Positions 46,831 through 57,156 of a stretch of 64,000 nt of DNA are shown here, piece by piece (the first letter of the stretch is position 1; every line of letters starts with the position of its first letter). The DNA is from Setoptus koraiensis (lineage: Eukaryota; Animalia; Arthropoda), in the NCBI GenBank assembly GCA_048013815.1, contig CM106585.1, forward strand, positions 19,592,001 through 19,656,000, given 5' to 3'. The translations under genes were made by a program, and so were the position numbers. Below the pieces are notes generated by a model. The model was not told where the DNA came from and searched no databases. It was given only the letters and a program-made list of their open reading frames with translations.

Positions 46831-49214
46831 GTCTTTATTAGTTTGGACAGTATCATAGAACCTAGTTCAGTCATTGGTGGCAACATGTGCGATGGCACTT
46901 GTAAAAATAGTTTGTTCAGTGCCTTGTCAATTTCTTTTTTCTCTTTCATTTCCGTGATTTTATGCTTAGATGGCGCCGCAATCCTGTCTATTTTTATGCT
47001 GTTATCAATAAAGTACATGCCGAGATCAGCTATGCTTAGTGTCCTCAAGTCATTCTTTATGGTCCATCCGCTTCGTTGTCTCGCTATTGTTATTTTATCT
47101 GTTAGCGCAACTAACTCTTGGCGGTCATTGAATATGCAAAGTCTTCTTAACAAAGTCTCTTCTAGAGTGCTAGATGCATGCTCAGGTCCTAGAACAGATT
47201 TTTCAACAAACGTTATACCGATAGTTGGCACTGAGGTAACTGCGGAAACTTTGATTAGTGGAGTTGGTGCTAACAAGTCGAATAATAATACATCATAGCG
47301 ATCTGTAATAACTGCGAAACAATTGGTTGGATTAAGCTTCATGTTACAGTGATCGAAGGCCATATGTGTGATTTTTCCATCCACAGATTGCATTTTGTAT
47401 TCCGATCTACAGTCCGCATCATATATACTCCACACACGAACGGAATCTGTTCGTACCTCACAAAGAAAGCCTGAACATTTATCGTATCCAAAATTCAATC
47501 CAACAATATCACTTATATCCTGTCTATCCATATCTAGACTGAGTTGAGTCTGATAGCTCATTCTTTGCTCGTTCTCTACAGACCACAAAAGTATTGAAGT
47601 TTCTCTGATACCTAGAGCAAGGATCGAACAATCTTGAGAGAAACACGTCAGTGTGGGCTTCAACCCCACTGTTTTCCCATTGTAACCTCGGGCAAAGGAT
47701 TGAATCTCTTCTTTTGAATCGTTCGGCTTTTTAGTTCCACCTATTCTATACCATAGTTGGAATGTTTCATCTTCCGAAGTTGAGACTAACATCCTGCTAT
47801 CGGGGGAAAATTGTAAATCATTTATTATAACAGACCTATGAGGTCGCTCTATAGTTTGAATCCATTTCCATTTATCGTCAGCCTTCATTTTCCAAATTTT
47901 GAGTTTGATTTCGGGCAAAGAGTAACTATCTTGTCTTGTTTGGAACAGTGCCAGCCACTTACCATCTAGAGAGATTGCACCGCGACTTATGACAGATTGA
48001 GAGACTTCCAATTCAGGCGTATTGGACAATATATTACATTCTAAGAAGTCTTTTTTATAAAGTGGTTGTCTTGAATGTGGAGAGAAGAACTGTAGAACAC
48101 CGAAGTTCGCCGTGGTGACTACCGAATCACTGTCTGGGTGCCATAGTATTCCGAACGGTTTATTTTTTGATGGAAGCACTTGGTTTGCGGCACTTCTGCT
48201 AAGGGATTTCACGCAACAGCGTACTTCTTCTTTATTTGGCGATAGCACTATTGTTTCATTGTCAAGATTAGATAAAAGCAAACAGCCGTTGGTGTCGTAA
48301 GCAACATGCCTAAATGGTAAGCCAAGTCGTGCTATGATTTTCTTCTGGCCGAATGTGTTCGCACCAATATCCCAGCATGCAACACAACCTGCTTCAGCTC
48401 CCACTGAAAATAGCATTGAGCCCTCATTAGAGAAGCACATATCATTTACTTGCATGGAATGCCAGTGAAGTTCTGTTCTTATTATCTGTCTATTAAATAG
48501 ATCGCCAACATAGATGAAGATTCTACCAATTGAGTCGCCTGCGGCCAGTAGAGCCTTAATTGGATGTGCTCGGACGCACGTAAAGTCGGCCGTCATTTGG
48601 ATATGTTGCTGTCGTCTCAAAAATTTTGTTTTCATCTTCCTTTTGAGAGGCAAAGAGTTGACACGCAACATTTTCTCGTTGATGTAGGCAACGTAACAGT
48701 GATCGCTGGAGTGCTTGGCATCATTCGCAACATAACCAATATCCAGTGCTCTAGATCCATACTCCGCTGCGACGATATCAATTTTTTGACGTCTAGTCGG
48801 GGATTCACGTACGCTCCGTGCTATGCTCGTGTATATTTGTGTTGTTTTGTCTAATTCATTCAAGACAGTGTAGACGAAGCACACTGGGGATGCCACTTTT
48901 AATGTACACACATTTTCGTGTTCTTTCTCTATTGGCAAACATAATTCATGAATCCATTCTTTTAGATCGAGGCTCCACACTATAATATTGCCTACATTTG
49001 TGCAGAGATAGATATATCTGTCGTGTCGTTCACAGGCTACAATACATTCAGAAACATTCGCAATATCTGGATGAACTTCACAAAGATTATTGCCGGTGTT
49101 AGAATCGTAGAAAGCTATGTGTCTTGTGCTGGCCAGAATGAGGCTTCCAGTCTTTTCATCATGGTTGGGCCTGGTTCTAGAATAATCGTGTCCTCCTATG
49201 GTAGTTGACTCCAT
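46827..49214 (-). CDS. WDR75: WD repeat protein 75 (Utp17/Nan1, SSU processome t-UTP)
   Basis: 795-aa intronless WD40 ORF. LHWHS..VNDMCFS..GSMLFSVG.E, LGLPFRHV and C-terminal P.HMLPP...L....LSKL motifs resemble WDR75. Confidence 0.82.
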   Translation of the reverse strand: MESTTIGGHDYSRTRPNHDEKTGSLILASTRHIAFYDSNTGNNLCEVHPDIANVSECIVACERHDRYIYLCTNVGNIIVWSLDLKEWIHELCLPIEKEHENVCTLKVASPVCFVYTVLNELDKTTQIYTSIARSVRESPTRRQKIDIVAAEYGSRALDIGYVANDAKHSSDHCYVAYINEKMLRVNSLPLKRKMKTKFLRRQQHIQMTADFTCVRAHPIKALLAAGDSIGRIFIYVGDLFNRQIIRTELHWHSMQVNDMCFSNEGSMLFSVGAEAGCVACWDIGANTFGQKKIIARLGLPFRHVAYDTNGCLLLSNLDNETIVLSPNKEEVRCCVKSLSRSAANQVLPSKNKPFGILWHPDSDSVVTTANFGVLQFFSPHSRQPLYKKDFLECNILSNTPELEVSQSVISRGAISLDGKWLALFQTRQDSYSLPEIKLKIWKMKADDKWKWIQTIERPHRSVIINDLQFSPDSRMLVSTSEDETFQLWYRIGGTKKPNDSKEEIQSFARGYNGKTVGLKPTLTCFSQDCSILALGIRETSILLWSVENEQRMSYQTQLSLDMDRQDISDIVGLNFGYDKCSGFLCEVRTDSVRVWSIYDADCRSEYKMQSVDGKITHMAFDHCNMKLNPTNCFAVITDRYDVLLFDLLAPTPLIKVSAVTSVPTIGITFVEKSVLGPEHASSTLEETLLRRLCIFNDRQELVALTDKITIARQRSGWTIKNDLRTLSIADLGMYFIDNSIKIDRIAAPSKHKITEMKEKKEIDKALNKLFLQVPSHMLPPMTELGSMILSKLIKT

Positions 49215-49493
49215 TTCAATAATATATCATTGGCAATAATTAATATATTAATAATAGTAATTGTTACGCTAGTGCATGCGAACCATTATCGAGAGGCGTA
49301 ATTACAGCAGCATGAAAAACATGTGCTTTTTCTGTTGGCACCGAAGCTCGCACAGAGACTATTATTTGTAGCAGCAGCGAGCAAGTGGGGGAGGAACTTT
49401 TGGACAATGGCATTCTTGCTGCGCAAAAGAATTTTTCCCACTTTAGTGTTGATGCTGCAAATCAAAAGTTGCACCAAAACTAGTAAGCACCGA

Positions 49494-49916
49494 AAGTTTC
49501 TAGAAGTTGGTTCGAAGCAAAATCCCATCCTCGTGAGCCGAGACTAAAGTATATAAAGCTAGACAGTCTCGTAATAATTGTGTCATTTTGCCATAGTACA
49601 ATTGCCCGTAGCAAGACTGATTAGTTTCATCAATTACTACCATATCAATAATTTAGACAAAACCGACAAGTTTCTAGAAGTTGGTTCGAAGCAAAATCCC
49701 ATCGTCCTGAGCCGAGACAAAGATATATAAAGCTAGACAGTCTCGTAACAATTGTGTCATAGTATAATTGCCCCCAGCAACACCAATTATAGATTAATTT
49801 CATCAATTGACTACTTGCCCATCAAACCTTTTATCAATATATAGTACAATTGCCCGTAGCAAGACTCATTAATTTCATCAAATACTACGATATCAATAAT
49901 TTTGACAAAACCGACA
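49494..49916 (+). repeat. Tandem duplication of the promoter/5'UTR of the orphan secreted gene (174-bp copy 1 at 49494-49667; copy 2 from 49668 with an extra internal module)
   Basis: aagtttctagaagttggttcgaagcaaaatcccatc...tatataaagctagacagtctcgta occurs twice, 174 bp apart. The atagtayaattgccc...ttcatcaa module occurs three times (about 49593, 49760, 49841). Copy 1 ends ...aaaccgacaa(g) and copy 2 ends ...aaaccgacaATG. Confidence 0.9.
49724..49731 (+). promoter_or_regulatory. TATA box (TATATAAA); duplicate at 49550-49557; TCAT(T/A) initiator-like site about 30 nt downstream of each
   Basis: Consensus motif and spacing upstream of ATG 49917. Confidence 0.65.
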
Positions 49917-50252
49917 ATGCATCAACTATCACTTCTATTGGCCATTATGTTGTGCATCGCAACTGTGTCAGGCCAAAATCATCACACGCCACTCATACCA
50001 AGCCGACCTCAAATTGTTAATCCACTACCACAATTGGTTAACCCATTGGCACAAATTCTTCCCCTACTTCAAAATTTCGGCAGGAGGACACAATCGGCTA
50101 ACCTACCACTATTAGGCAACATGGCACGACCGGCCGGCATCATCGGACAACGGGTTCATCAACTATTCGGACGTCTGAGGAATCCTCTTAACCCTGTTCT
50201 TACACATTCATCTAGCTCATTATCACATGTGCCCCTAACCAACATTTTCTAA
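49917..50252 (+). CDS. Orphan secreted protein, 111 aa, Pro/Leu/Gln/Asn-rich and cationic
   Basis: ATG in acaATG context; signal-peptide-like MHQLSLLLAIMLCIATVSG|Q; upstream TATA and downstream AATAAA (50285). The mature part has 7 Arg, no D/E/K/C/W/Y, repeated VNPL units and FGRR/FGRLR. Confidence 0.75.
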   Translation: MHQLSLLLAIMLCIATVSGQNHHTPLIPSRPQIVNPLPQLVNPLAQILPLLQNFGRRTQSANLPLLGNMARPAGIIGQRVHQLFGRLRNPLNPVLTHSSSSLSHVPLTNIF

Positions 50253-50284
50253 TCATACCACGCCCCGACGACGATGAAAAGAAC

Positions 50285-50290
50285 AATAAA
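50285..50290 (+). terminator. Polyadenylation signal AATAAA of the orphan secreted gene
   Basis: About 33 nt after the stop codon. Confidence 0.55.
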
Positions 50291-50477
50291 CATTACATAG
50301 ACGTTCACTATAATTGAGCCACACATTTGTCCTCTTTCTCTATTCTATTTCGGTGTTTTGTCTACATTGACTATACACAGACCCACATCCGGAACACAGT
50401 TACGTCTTACTCTCACGGGATCCATTAACTTCTGGTAATAAGCAAATAATTTATTGAACGATTGAAAGGGGGTGAAA

Positions 50478-51537
50478 TCAATAGGTTAAATTATAAATGC
50501 TAGTACTCGTGCTAGCAGAGTGATTGTCTTTTAAGGCCTCAAACGTCAAATCTCTGAGTGGCTTAGGTGGCTTAATCTTTCGTCCACAGTAACCATCCTT
50601 TCTGTGCCAAAGACCCGATCTAGGTCTTTTACCGAGCCAACGCCTTCTTTGTGGACACCAGAGTTCAACGTGTTCGTGGCCGGCATTAGACATCTGACCA
50701 ACAACTGCCATGCAAGTGCCCTCGACTTTAAACTGATCACCATATTTTAGCTTGAATACAACAGACTTGGTGGTTCGTGCCACTATTTCTGCCGAGCTTC
50801 CTGCTGCCAAACAAAATTTGGCTCCTTCTCCTGGCTTGACCTCAATATGGTGAATTTTGGTCCCAACTGCGAGAGCAGCCATCGGATAGGCGTCGCCAAC
50901 TGTGGGACGGACGGGATTTCTAGGTATCTGAGAGTGCGTTCTAATAATATCGCCTACCTTCATTCCCTCTGTTGCCATGATCCACCTCCTTCGCTTATCT
51001 GGGCGATTTAGTTGAACGTCAATGTTGCAAAACGGTTTGTATATACGGTTGTATGGTAAAACGGTTAGTTTGATTAGTGTTGATTTAAGCTGACAAGCCC
51101 AGGAAAAAAAAAGAAAAGAAATACTAACCATCGGCTACCAAGGCTAGCTTTGGAGTTCTGAGGGGGTCGTATCGAATCATTAAGATTTCTTCCTCTCTTA
51201 TGCTTCCATCGGGGTGAGGCTGTCGAACATCGTCGACCCATCTGAATTTCTTGGGATTGCCACCGCCCAGCGTCCTAACAACAACTCTGCCTGTTTCCAA
51301 GTCTCTACCGCCTAGTTTGTGAATAGGTAATGGCTTGGTGGTGTAGCTTCCATCCTTTGGCAGATATGGAAGCCAATTGTAAATATGGGGCTCTGGATAC
51401 TTTTTTCCTTTCCTGGCCAAATGAGGACGAGGCCATCCCAGAATGGGCCTCACGTTCTTCCAGTTGGCGTAACGAACTTGCTGATATTCTAGTGGCTTGA
51501 TCGATAAGTTGATCAGACTTTTGAGAATTTGCATCAT
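50478..51537 (-). CDS. mRpL2: Mitochondrial ribosomal protein L2 (uL2m), 2 exons: 51537-51129 and 50998-50478, 309 aa
   Basis: GGRD..TGRV.V..LGGG.....RWVD, YDP.RT..LALVA and WLG.RP.SGLWHRKDG motifs. 130-nt GT-AG intron (51128-50999, phase 1) joins ...ALVAD|DKRRRWIMATE. Confidence 0.92.
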
Positions 51538-52162
51538 AATTATGTTACGTCAATAGTGAATTGAAGCATGCTAAACAATGCTCAAAATAATAATGATAAC
51601 TAGTAACAAAAGCAAAATACTACTGGGGGTAATCTCACCAGCTTCTAGTGGTGGCATCACATGTGCGCGTTTTGAGTATGGGAGAAAGGGGGCGCGGCCG
51701 GCCATCGTTGGTCGGGCACAACAGCGAGAAGGGAGATAACAAACCCGCAAGTATCATATGATTCATACGAATAGGACACACAGATTGCCTCGAGCGACTA
51801 ATACACACGTTTACTTATTGCTGCAACAATCAGAAGAGAATGGCAACTATAGACTTTTTCCCACTGCTAATCGCGCTCATGCCAGTACAAAGTCGAACTC
51901 TCGTGTAGGGGAAAAAGCAATAATAATGACGTCAGCAAAACCAAGGCTAGTCGCCCAAGCACGCATCTATTTTTCGCTTTGTGAGTTGGGCGTTTTAATT
52001 TCGTGTTATTGTGTTGTTTGTCGCCTCCAATTTAATAATTTTGTTTGTTGTTGATTATCATTTATTTTTGTATCAATTAATTAATCTCACTAGGTGTTAT
52101 ATTTATTCTAAGAAGCGCATCATCATCTGGCGTACATTAGAAGAGAATATCATAGAAATATT

Positions 52163-52852
52163 ATGGCATTCAAAGATGACGAGTACGATTATTTATTCAA
52201 AATTGTCCTAATTGGTGATTCTGGAGTGGGCAAATCAAATTTGTTATCACGATTTACAAGAAATGAATTCAATTTAGAGAGCAAGTCAACTATAGGTGTA
52301 GAGTTCGCCACTAAAAGTATCGAAGTAGATGGAAAGATTATCAAGGCCCAAGTATGGGACACAGCCGGGCAAGAGCGATACAGAGCAATCACATCGGCAT
52401 ATTACAGAGGCGCGGTGGGTGCTTTGCTTGTTTATGATATTGCAAAACATGTGACATACGAAAATGTTGAGAGATGGCTCAAGGAGCTCAAGGATCATGC
52501 TGAACAAAATATTGTTATTATGTTGGTTGGAAACAAATCTGATCTACGCCACCTGAGAGCTGTTCCAATAGAAGAAGCCAGGGCCTTTGCCGAAACAAAT
52601 TCACTTTCATTTATTGAAGCTTCTGCTTTAGACTCAACCAATGTTGAGCCTGCCTTCCATCAGATACTAGCTGAAATTTATCGTGTTGTATCTCAGGCGC
52701 GTCAGGCACGTGGTGGTGATGATAACAACCAATTAGGTTCTAATTCTGGTAGTCAAACAGTAAGACCAACAGCGAGTAGTTTCGCGCCGGGATCCAACTT
52801 GGATGGTCAAGATAGCAAGAGGTTATCATGTGTTAATGTATGCAACAATTAG
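52163..52852 (+). CDS. Rab11: Rab11 small GTPase, intronless, 229 aa
   Basis: [73 protein letters not shown] and [19 protein letters not shown] at 52887. Confidence 0.97.
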   Translation: MAFKDDEYDYLFKIVLIGDSGVGKSNLLSRFTRNEFNLESKSTIGVEFATKSIEVDGKIIKAQVWDTAGQERYRAITSAYYRGAVGALLVYDIAKHVTYENVERWLKELKDHAEQNIVIMLVGNKSDLRHLRAVPIEEARAFAETNSLSFIEASALDSTNVEPAFHQILAEIYRVVSQARQARGGDDNNQLGSNSGSQTVRPTASSFAPGSNLDGQDSKRLSCVNVCNN

Positions 52853-53126
52853 AACGTGTCATCAACAATTTATTAAATAACTGATAAATAAAGAGAAATG
52901 GGTAACTGTGTGCCTTTTTTCCAAAATTTTTCCAACATCGATTCTCGAGCGTCCCATTAGAGTGCCTGCCAGAGAGAGACAGGTAACATTACACAACTCT
53001 ACAATAGTAATGCATACAACTTGTGTGACACAAGCAAACAATGCGGATTCTTTGCTCTAGATATCTCTATAGTCTAGATATGTCTGGCGTCGGCGGTGAT
53101 GATGATGCTGTCGTGCACAATCCACA

Positions 53127-53561
53127 ATGGATTCGACAATGTGTTTAGAAGCCATCCATAACCTGTGTATTGATGATGATGTTGCGACGATGTTGTTGTC
53201 GTCGGCCAGAGAGTTTGCCCGAACGGGTATGCCCATCCTGCCAATGGGCAATAGAGACGAGGGCCAAGTGAATAGCGGGCGACAGAGGCGAGGGTCAGCA
53301 GAGCTGCTTTTGCAACGATCAACACTTAACTGGCCGTGCAAAAGCAACGCAAGCGGCGCATTAATTTTGCAAGCACACGATGCGCAATCCAGTGAATCCA
53401 CGGAATATGCTTCAACGGTAATATTCACGCGCGGAACTATTCATGAATATCTACAGCACAGGATCGAATGGAGAGTGGCACCGGAGCGCCGCCCATATAG
53501 TCGACCGGGGTGCTCATGCATCACCCGAGGAAAACAAGAGCACATTGCCTTTGCTCACCAG
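53127..53561 (+). CDS. Candidate upstream exon of Ash2 (highly diverged winged-helix-like region)
   Basis: MCLEAIHNL and LNWP resemble ASH2L MCLSALANL and MTWP as recalled. Donor cag|gtgaat at 53562 (phase 0) joins in frame to acceptor ctag|ATC at 53888, giving a 327-nt AT-rich intron. Confidence 0.4.
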
Positions 53562-53897
53562 GTGAATCGAGAAGCCGATGGATAATACTTATATATAAAA
53601 TACATTTACCCGTCGACACCTCTTTCACAAATGCTCTTTCCTTCTTGGTGGATCGACCCGTGAGTCTGGCTGTAATTACAACATTAACGAGACCGATATT
53701 GCTATTATTTATTCAACTGTCACCAACACCAACGACAAAAGCCAGCTCTACTGTTGTTGTTATTATTATTATTATTACTATATTAAGTTATACACCGTCG
53801 TCGATATTGTTGTTTATTCGTTCAATTACCAGCGAGGCGGATGCAATTGGCAAGTGTCAGCACGAATCAACGTCATACTCACAACTAGATCAGAATC

Positions 53898-54995
53898 ATG
53901 TCAGTCGCAAATGGAGGTGACATCAAAATTGAGCAGCAGAAACCGAGTCAGAGGGGCGGTAGAACCTCTACAAAAGCCGAGCACACCAAAAGCAAATTAG
54001 TGGATTGTCCTCCAACAAAGGACGGCTTCAGATACTACCTTTGCGAGGATGATCCATTGCCCCAAGTCAAGAAGATGTTGGCCAAATTGGAGAGCAACTA
54101 CGCCGAAATTGGCCGTAGATTCATGATGCCGGCCTTTGTCAAGAGGAAAGTCGTACTACCGTGTGTGCGTCTGTCAGAATCCGACAGGGCACAACAGTTG
54201 AAAATCTTAAGTGACGATTGCATGCGAGTTAAAGGAGAAAAGGGATACTGCATGGTTAGAGCCACGCATTGTATAAATCGCGACAAATGGTATTATGAGG
54301 CCACCATAGAGGAGATGCCTGACAAATCGGCAACTCGTATCGGTTGGGGCCAAAGATACGCCAATCTACAAGCGCCCTTGGGTTACGACAATTACGGCTA
54401 CTCTTATAGATCCAGACTGGGCACAAAATTTCATCAAGCCAAAGGTTGCACATTTGACAAGGGCGGCGGCTACGGCATGGGTGATACTATAGGATGCATG
54501 ATTGATTTACCTTACGGCAATGAAAACAATATGACACTAGCTAAACATCTGGCCAAATCTCTCAAGGAGACAGCTCAAGTGGTCATAGATAGGAAAAAGA
54601 AAGATTCGGGACGCGTGTTTGAGGATCAGGACATCATACCGGAAAATCTCAGTGTATGCACGGGTAGCAAGATCTCCTTTTACAAGAATGGCAAATTTAT
54701 TGGCGCAGCATTTCACGATATTTATGCAGGATTTTATTTTCCAACAATATCCATTTACAAGGATGCCATTGTCAGCGTTAACTTTGGACCCAATTTTAAA
54801 TACCCACCAGAAAAACACAATGAGAATAATAACGATGATAGAGTTCATTGCGATTACAGGCCCATTGAAGAGTTGCCCCAACTTGAGATTATCGATGTCA
54901 CCATTAGCGATCTAATATCTCTAGTAGATCAACAGGAAAAGAATGAAGCAACGATCTTGAAGTGTATTGAAGGTTCAAAGGCGGAAAAAATCTAA
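53898..54995 (+). CDS. ash2: Ash2/ASH2L COMPASS subunit, SPRY and SDI region (main exon; may start at 53889 if spliced)
   Basis: KDGFRY.L.E.DP, DRA.QLKI..D, GEKGYCMVRATH, WYYE.TI.EMP, R.GW.Q...NLQAPLGYD..GYSYRSR.GTKFHQ, YFPTISIYK, VSVNFGP.FKYPP and C-terminal Dpy-30-binding-like helix (TISDLISLVD). Confidence 0.92.
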   Translation: MSVANGGDIKIEQQKPSQRGGRTSTKAEHTKSKLVDCPPTKDGFRYYLCEDDPLPQVKKMLAKLESNYAEIGRRFMMPAFVKRKVVLPCVRLSESDRAQQLKILSDDCMRVKGEKGYCMVRATHCINRDKWYYEATIEEMPDKSATRIGWGQRYANLQAPLGYDNYGYSYRSRLGTKFHQAKGCTFDKGGGYGMGDTIGCMIDLPYGNENNMTLAKHLAKSLKETAQVVIDRKKKDSGRVFEDQDIIPENLSVCTGSKISFYKNGKFIGAAFHDIYAGFYFPTISIYKDAIVSVNFGPNFKYPPEKHNENNNDDRVHCDYRPIEELPQLEIIDVTISDLISLVDQQEKNEATILKCIEGSKAEKI

Positions 54996-55165
54996 CAAAG
55001 TACAATTTTTAGTACCATCATTATTGATATTGATATAATATGTTTTTTTAGATTCACAATCAATCAATTCATAACTATTAGTCAACTTACATGAATGTAC
55101 ATTGATCACACATCAGATAGTAAACCTGGCAACATTCATCAAGTTACATTAAATTTTGTTTGCCG

Positions 55166-57156
55166 CTAGATTATTATCGTTGTGTTGTCGTGCTCGTGAC
55201 AAGGGAATCCCAGTTTCAGAGAATCAGTGGCCTGACCATTAGTGGCAGATTTTTGATGTCTTACAGGCATACTTACTACTATTTCACAATAGTATTTCTT
55301 GCAAAACAACTCAATTCGATCCATTGCCTCTCGCATAATCTCTATGGGAACGGTCAAACATAGACGAAAGTAATTTGGAAAATCAAAGCATTTACCAGGC
55401 AAAACAAGTACTGACTGTTCGTTCACAAGCTTCGCCGTGAATTCCAAATCATCTTTGAAATTGGGAAAATATTGAGCCTCAATCTGAACCATCAGATACA
55501 TTGCGCCTGCTGGCATATATGGCTGTAAACCTTTGATCATTTTAAGTCTATCATAACAGATAATTGCATTGGTTTTTATGAACTGTATTGTCTTCTGGTA
55601 GAAGCTTTCAGGAACCAGCTCCAGGATGTCTTTCAGGGAACCTTGTACTAAGCTATTGGGCCCCATCAATCGTTGAGTTAGTCTACTTAGGCATCCGCGG
55701 ACCTGGAAACGGCGAAGAAAACAAGAATAACTCGTTATGTTCAAACGATTCCTCTGAAAAATATATATACTACCACTACAGAAGAGCTAGATCTGTGACT
55801 TACTGATTGATCAAAAATTTTACACTGATCATTTATTATGATCCAGCCAAGTCTTAGTCCTGGTATCAGGCAAGTTTTCGATATGCCGCCGCAAGTTAAT
55901 ATTGGTACAGTTTTTGTCAATGATGACAGCGCGATAAATGGTGTCTGGCATTCGTCTTCGTTATTGTTGATATTGTCAAATACAAACTTATCGTAGATTT
56001 CATCTGCTATTAATGGCAAACAATACCTCTCGGCAACACTCAATATCTTGAGTAGTTCATCCTTAGAGAATACTGAACCGCACGGATTTGAAGGATTGTT
56101 AATTACTATAGCGGCCGTCTCTTTATCTATGAGAGATTCCAAATGATCAAAATCTATAGACCAATTCTGGTTAGCAATCAAATTGTATTGCTTATAAGCG
56201 ACACCATAAACGGATGTGAGCGTTTTGTAAATTGGAAAACCCGGCTTAGGTATGAGAATATTTTGTCCGCTATTGGCTAACACGCAAATGCTCAGGTCTA
56301 TCGCGTGCGAGCAGCCACTTGTCAAGATCACGTCCTAGATTGAGGGTCAAAGTATCGAGGGTTAGATTTTATTGATGACAATAATTATCGCGGCACTAGT
56401 AACAGTTACAAGCACCCTGTTTGGACTTACTTTAAAATTGATATTGTTGCCAGTGGATTTGTTGTGATAGTTGGCCACCGCTCGTCTAGCACTCTCCATT
56501 CCCGCCGCCGTTTGATAGCCGACGTTCGTACCGGAAGCCACAGCGTCTAACAGGGCATTTAATATCTCATCACATGGCTTCAAGTTGCCAAATATTGTTG
56601 GGTCCCCTAATGAGATGAACAAGATGATAGATGAGTTACAATCAAATTCGTTTCGATCGCTACCGCTAAATATGAAATCTATGAGCGACCCGTTTACGCA
56701 CAACCTACCTATGGACAATGGGATCATGCTAAGATTGGGATTGGGCACCAAATCCATCATTTCTATGACTTCCCTAATGGGATTAATTGTTGATTTTGCA
56801 CCAATAGATGCCTGAATGTTCCATTTTTTCTTCAGTTGTGGTTGCCCATTGATGGCACCATTTATGGCACCATTTACTTTACAGTTACCATTTTTAATTT
56901 CCTGTTCTTGCCTGTTATTACTATCACCGTTACTCTGACTATGCTCTTGGTCGAGTATATCACCGCCGACCATAAGAGGTAGCTTCTGAGGTGCCAGACG
57001 ATGCATTTGTTGACCTCTCTGACCACAGTTATTATCTTGAACTAAAGTTGTGATAGTATTAGTTGTGTCAGTAGTCGATTGTACACTTAATTTGGCTGTC
57101 TTGATATTGTTGTGAGCAATCTCTTGCTGTCTCAAAGTCTTTTTGCTGCATGGCAT
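55166..57156 (-). CDS. TAT: Tyrosine aminotransferase, 4 exons: 57156-56709, 56606-56431, 56334-55804, 55702-55166 (563 aa)
   Basis: NPIR..I..M...PNP...MIPLSIG|DPTIFGN, DVILTSGCSHAI, INNPSNPCGSVFS, IADEIY, PLP lysine GGISK...PGLRLGW and YFRL. GT-AG introns of 102, 96 and 101 nt, with phases that sum to a continuous frame. Confidence 0.92.

Noticed and set aside
46843-47298. 151-aa + strand ORF
   Set aside because: It is an antisense shadow of the WDR75 coding sequence.
49508-49520. GGTTCGAA as a tRNA T-loop or Pol III B-box (also at about 49683)
   Set aside because: It lacks the following NTCC/NYC, an A-box and a cloverleaf, and is part of the duplicated Pol II promoter.
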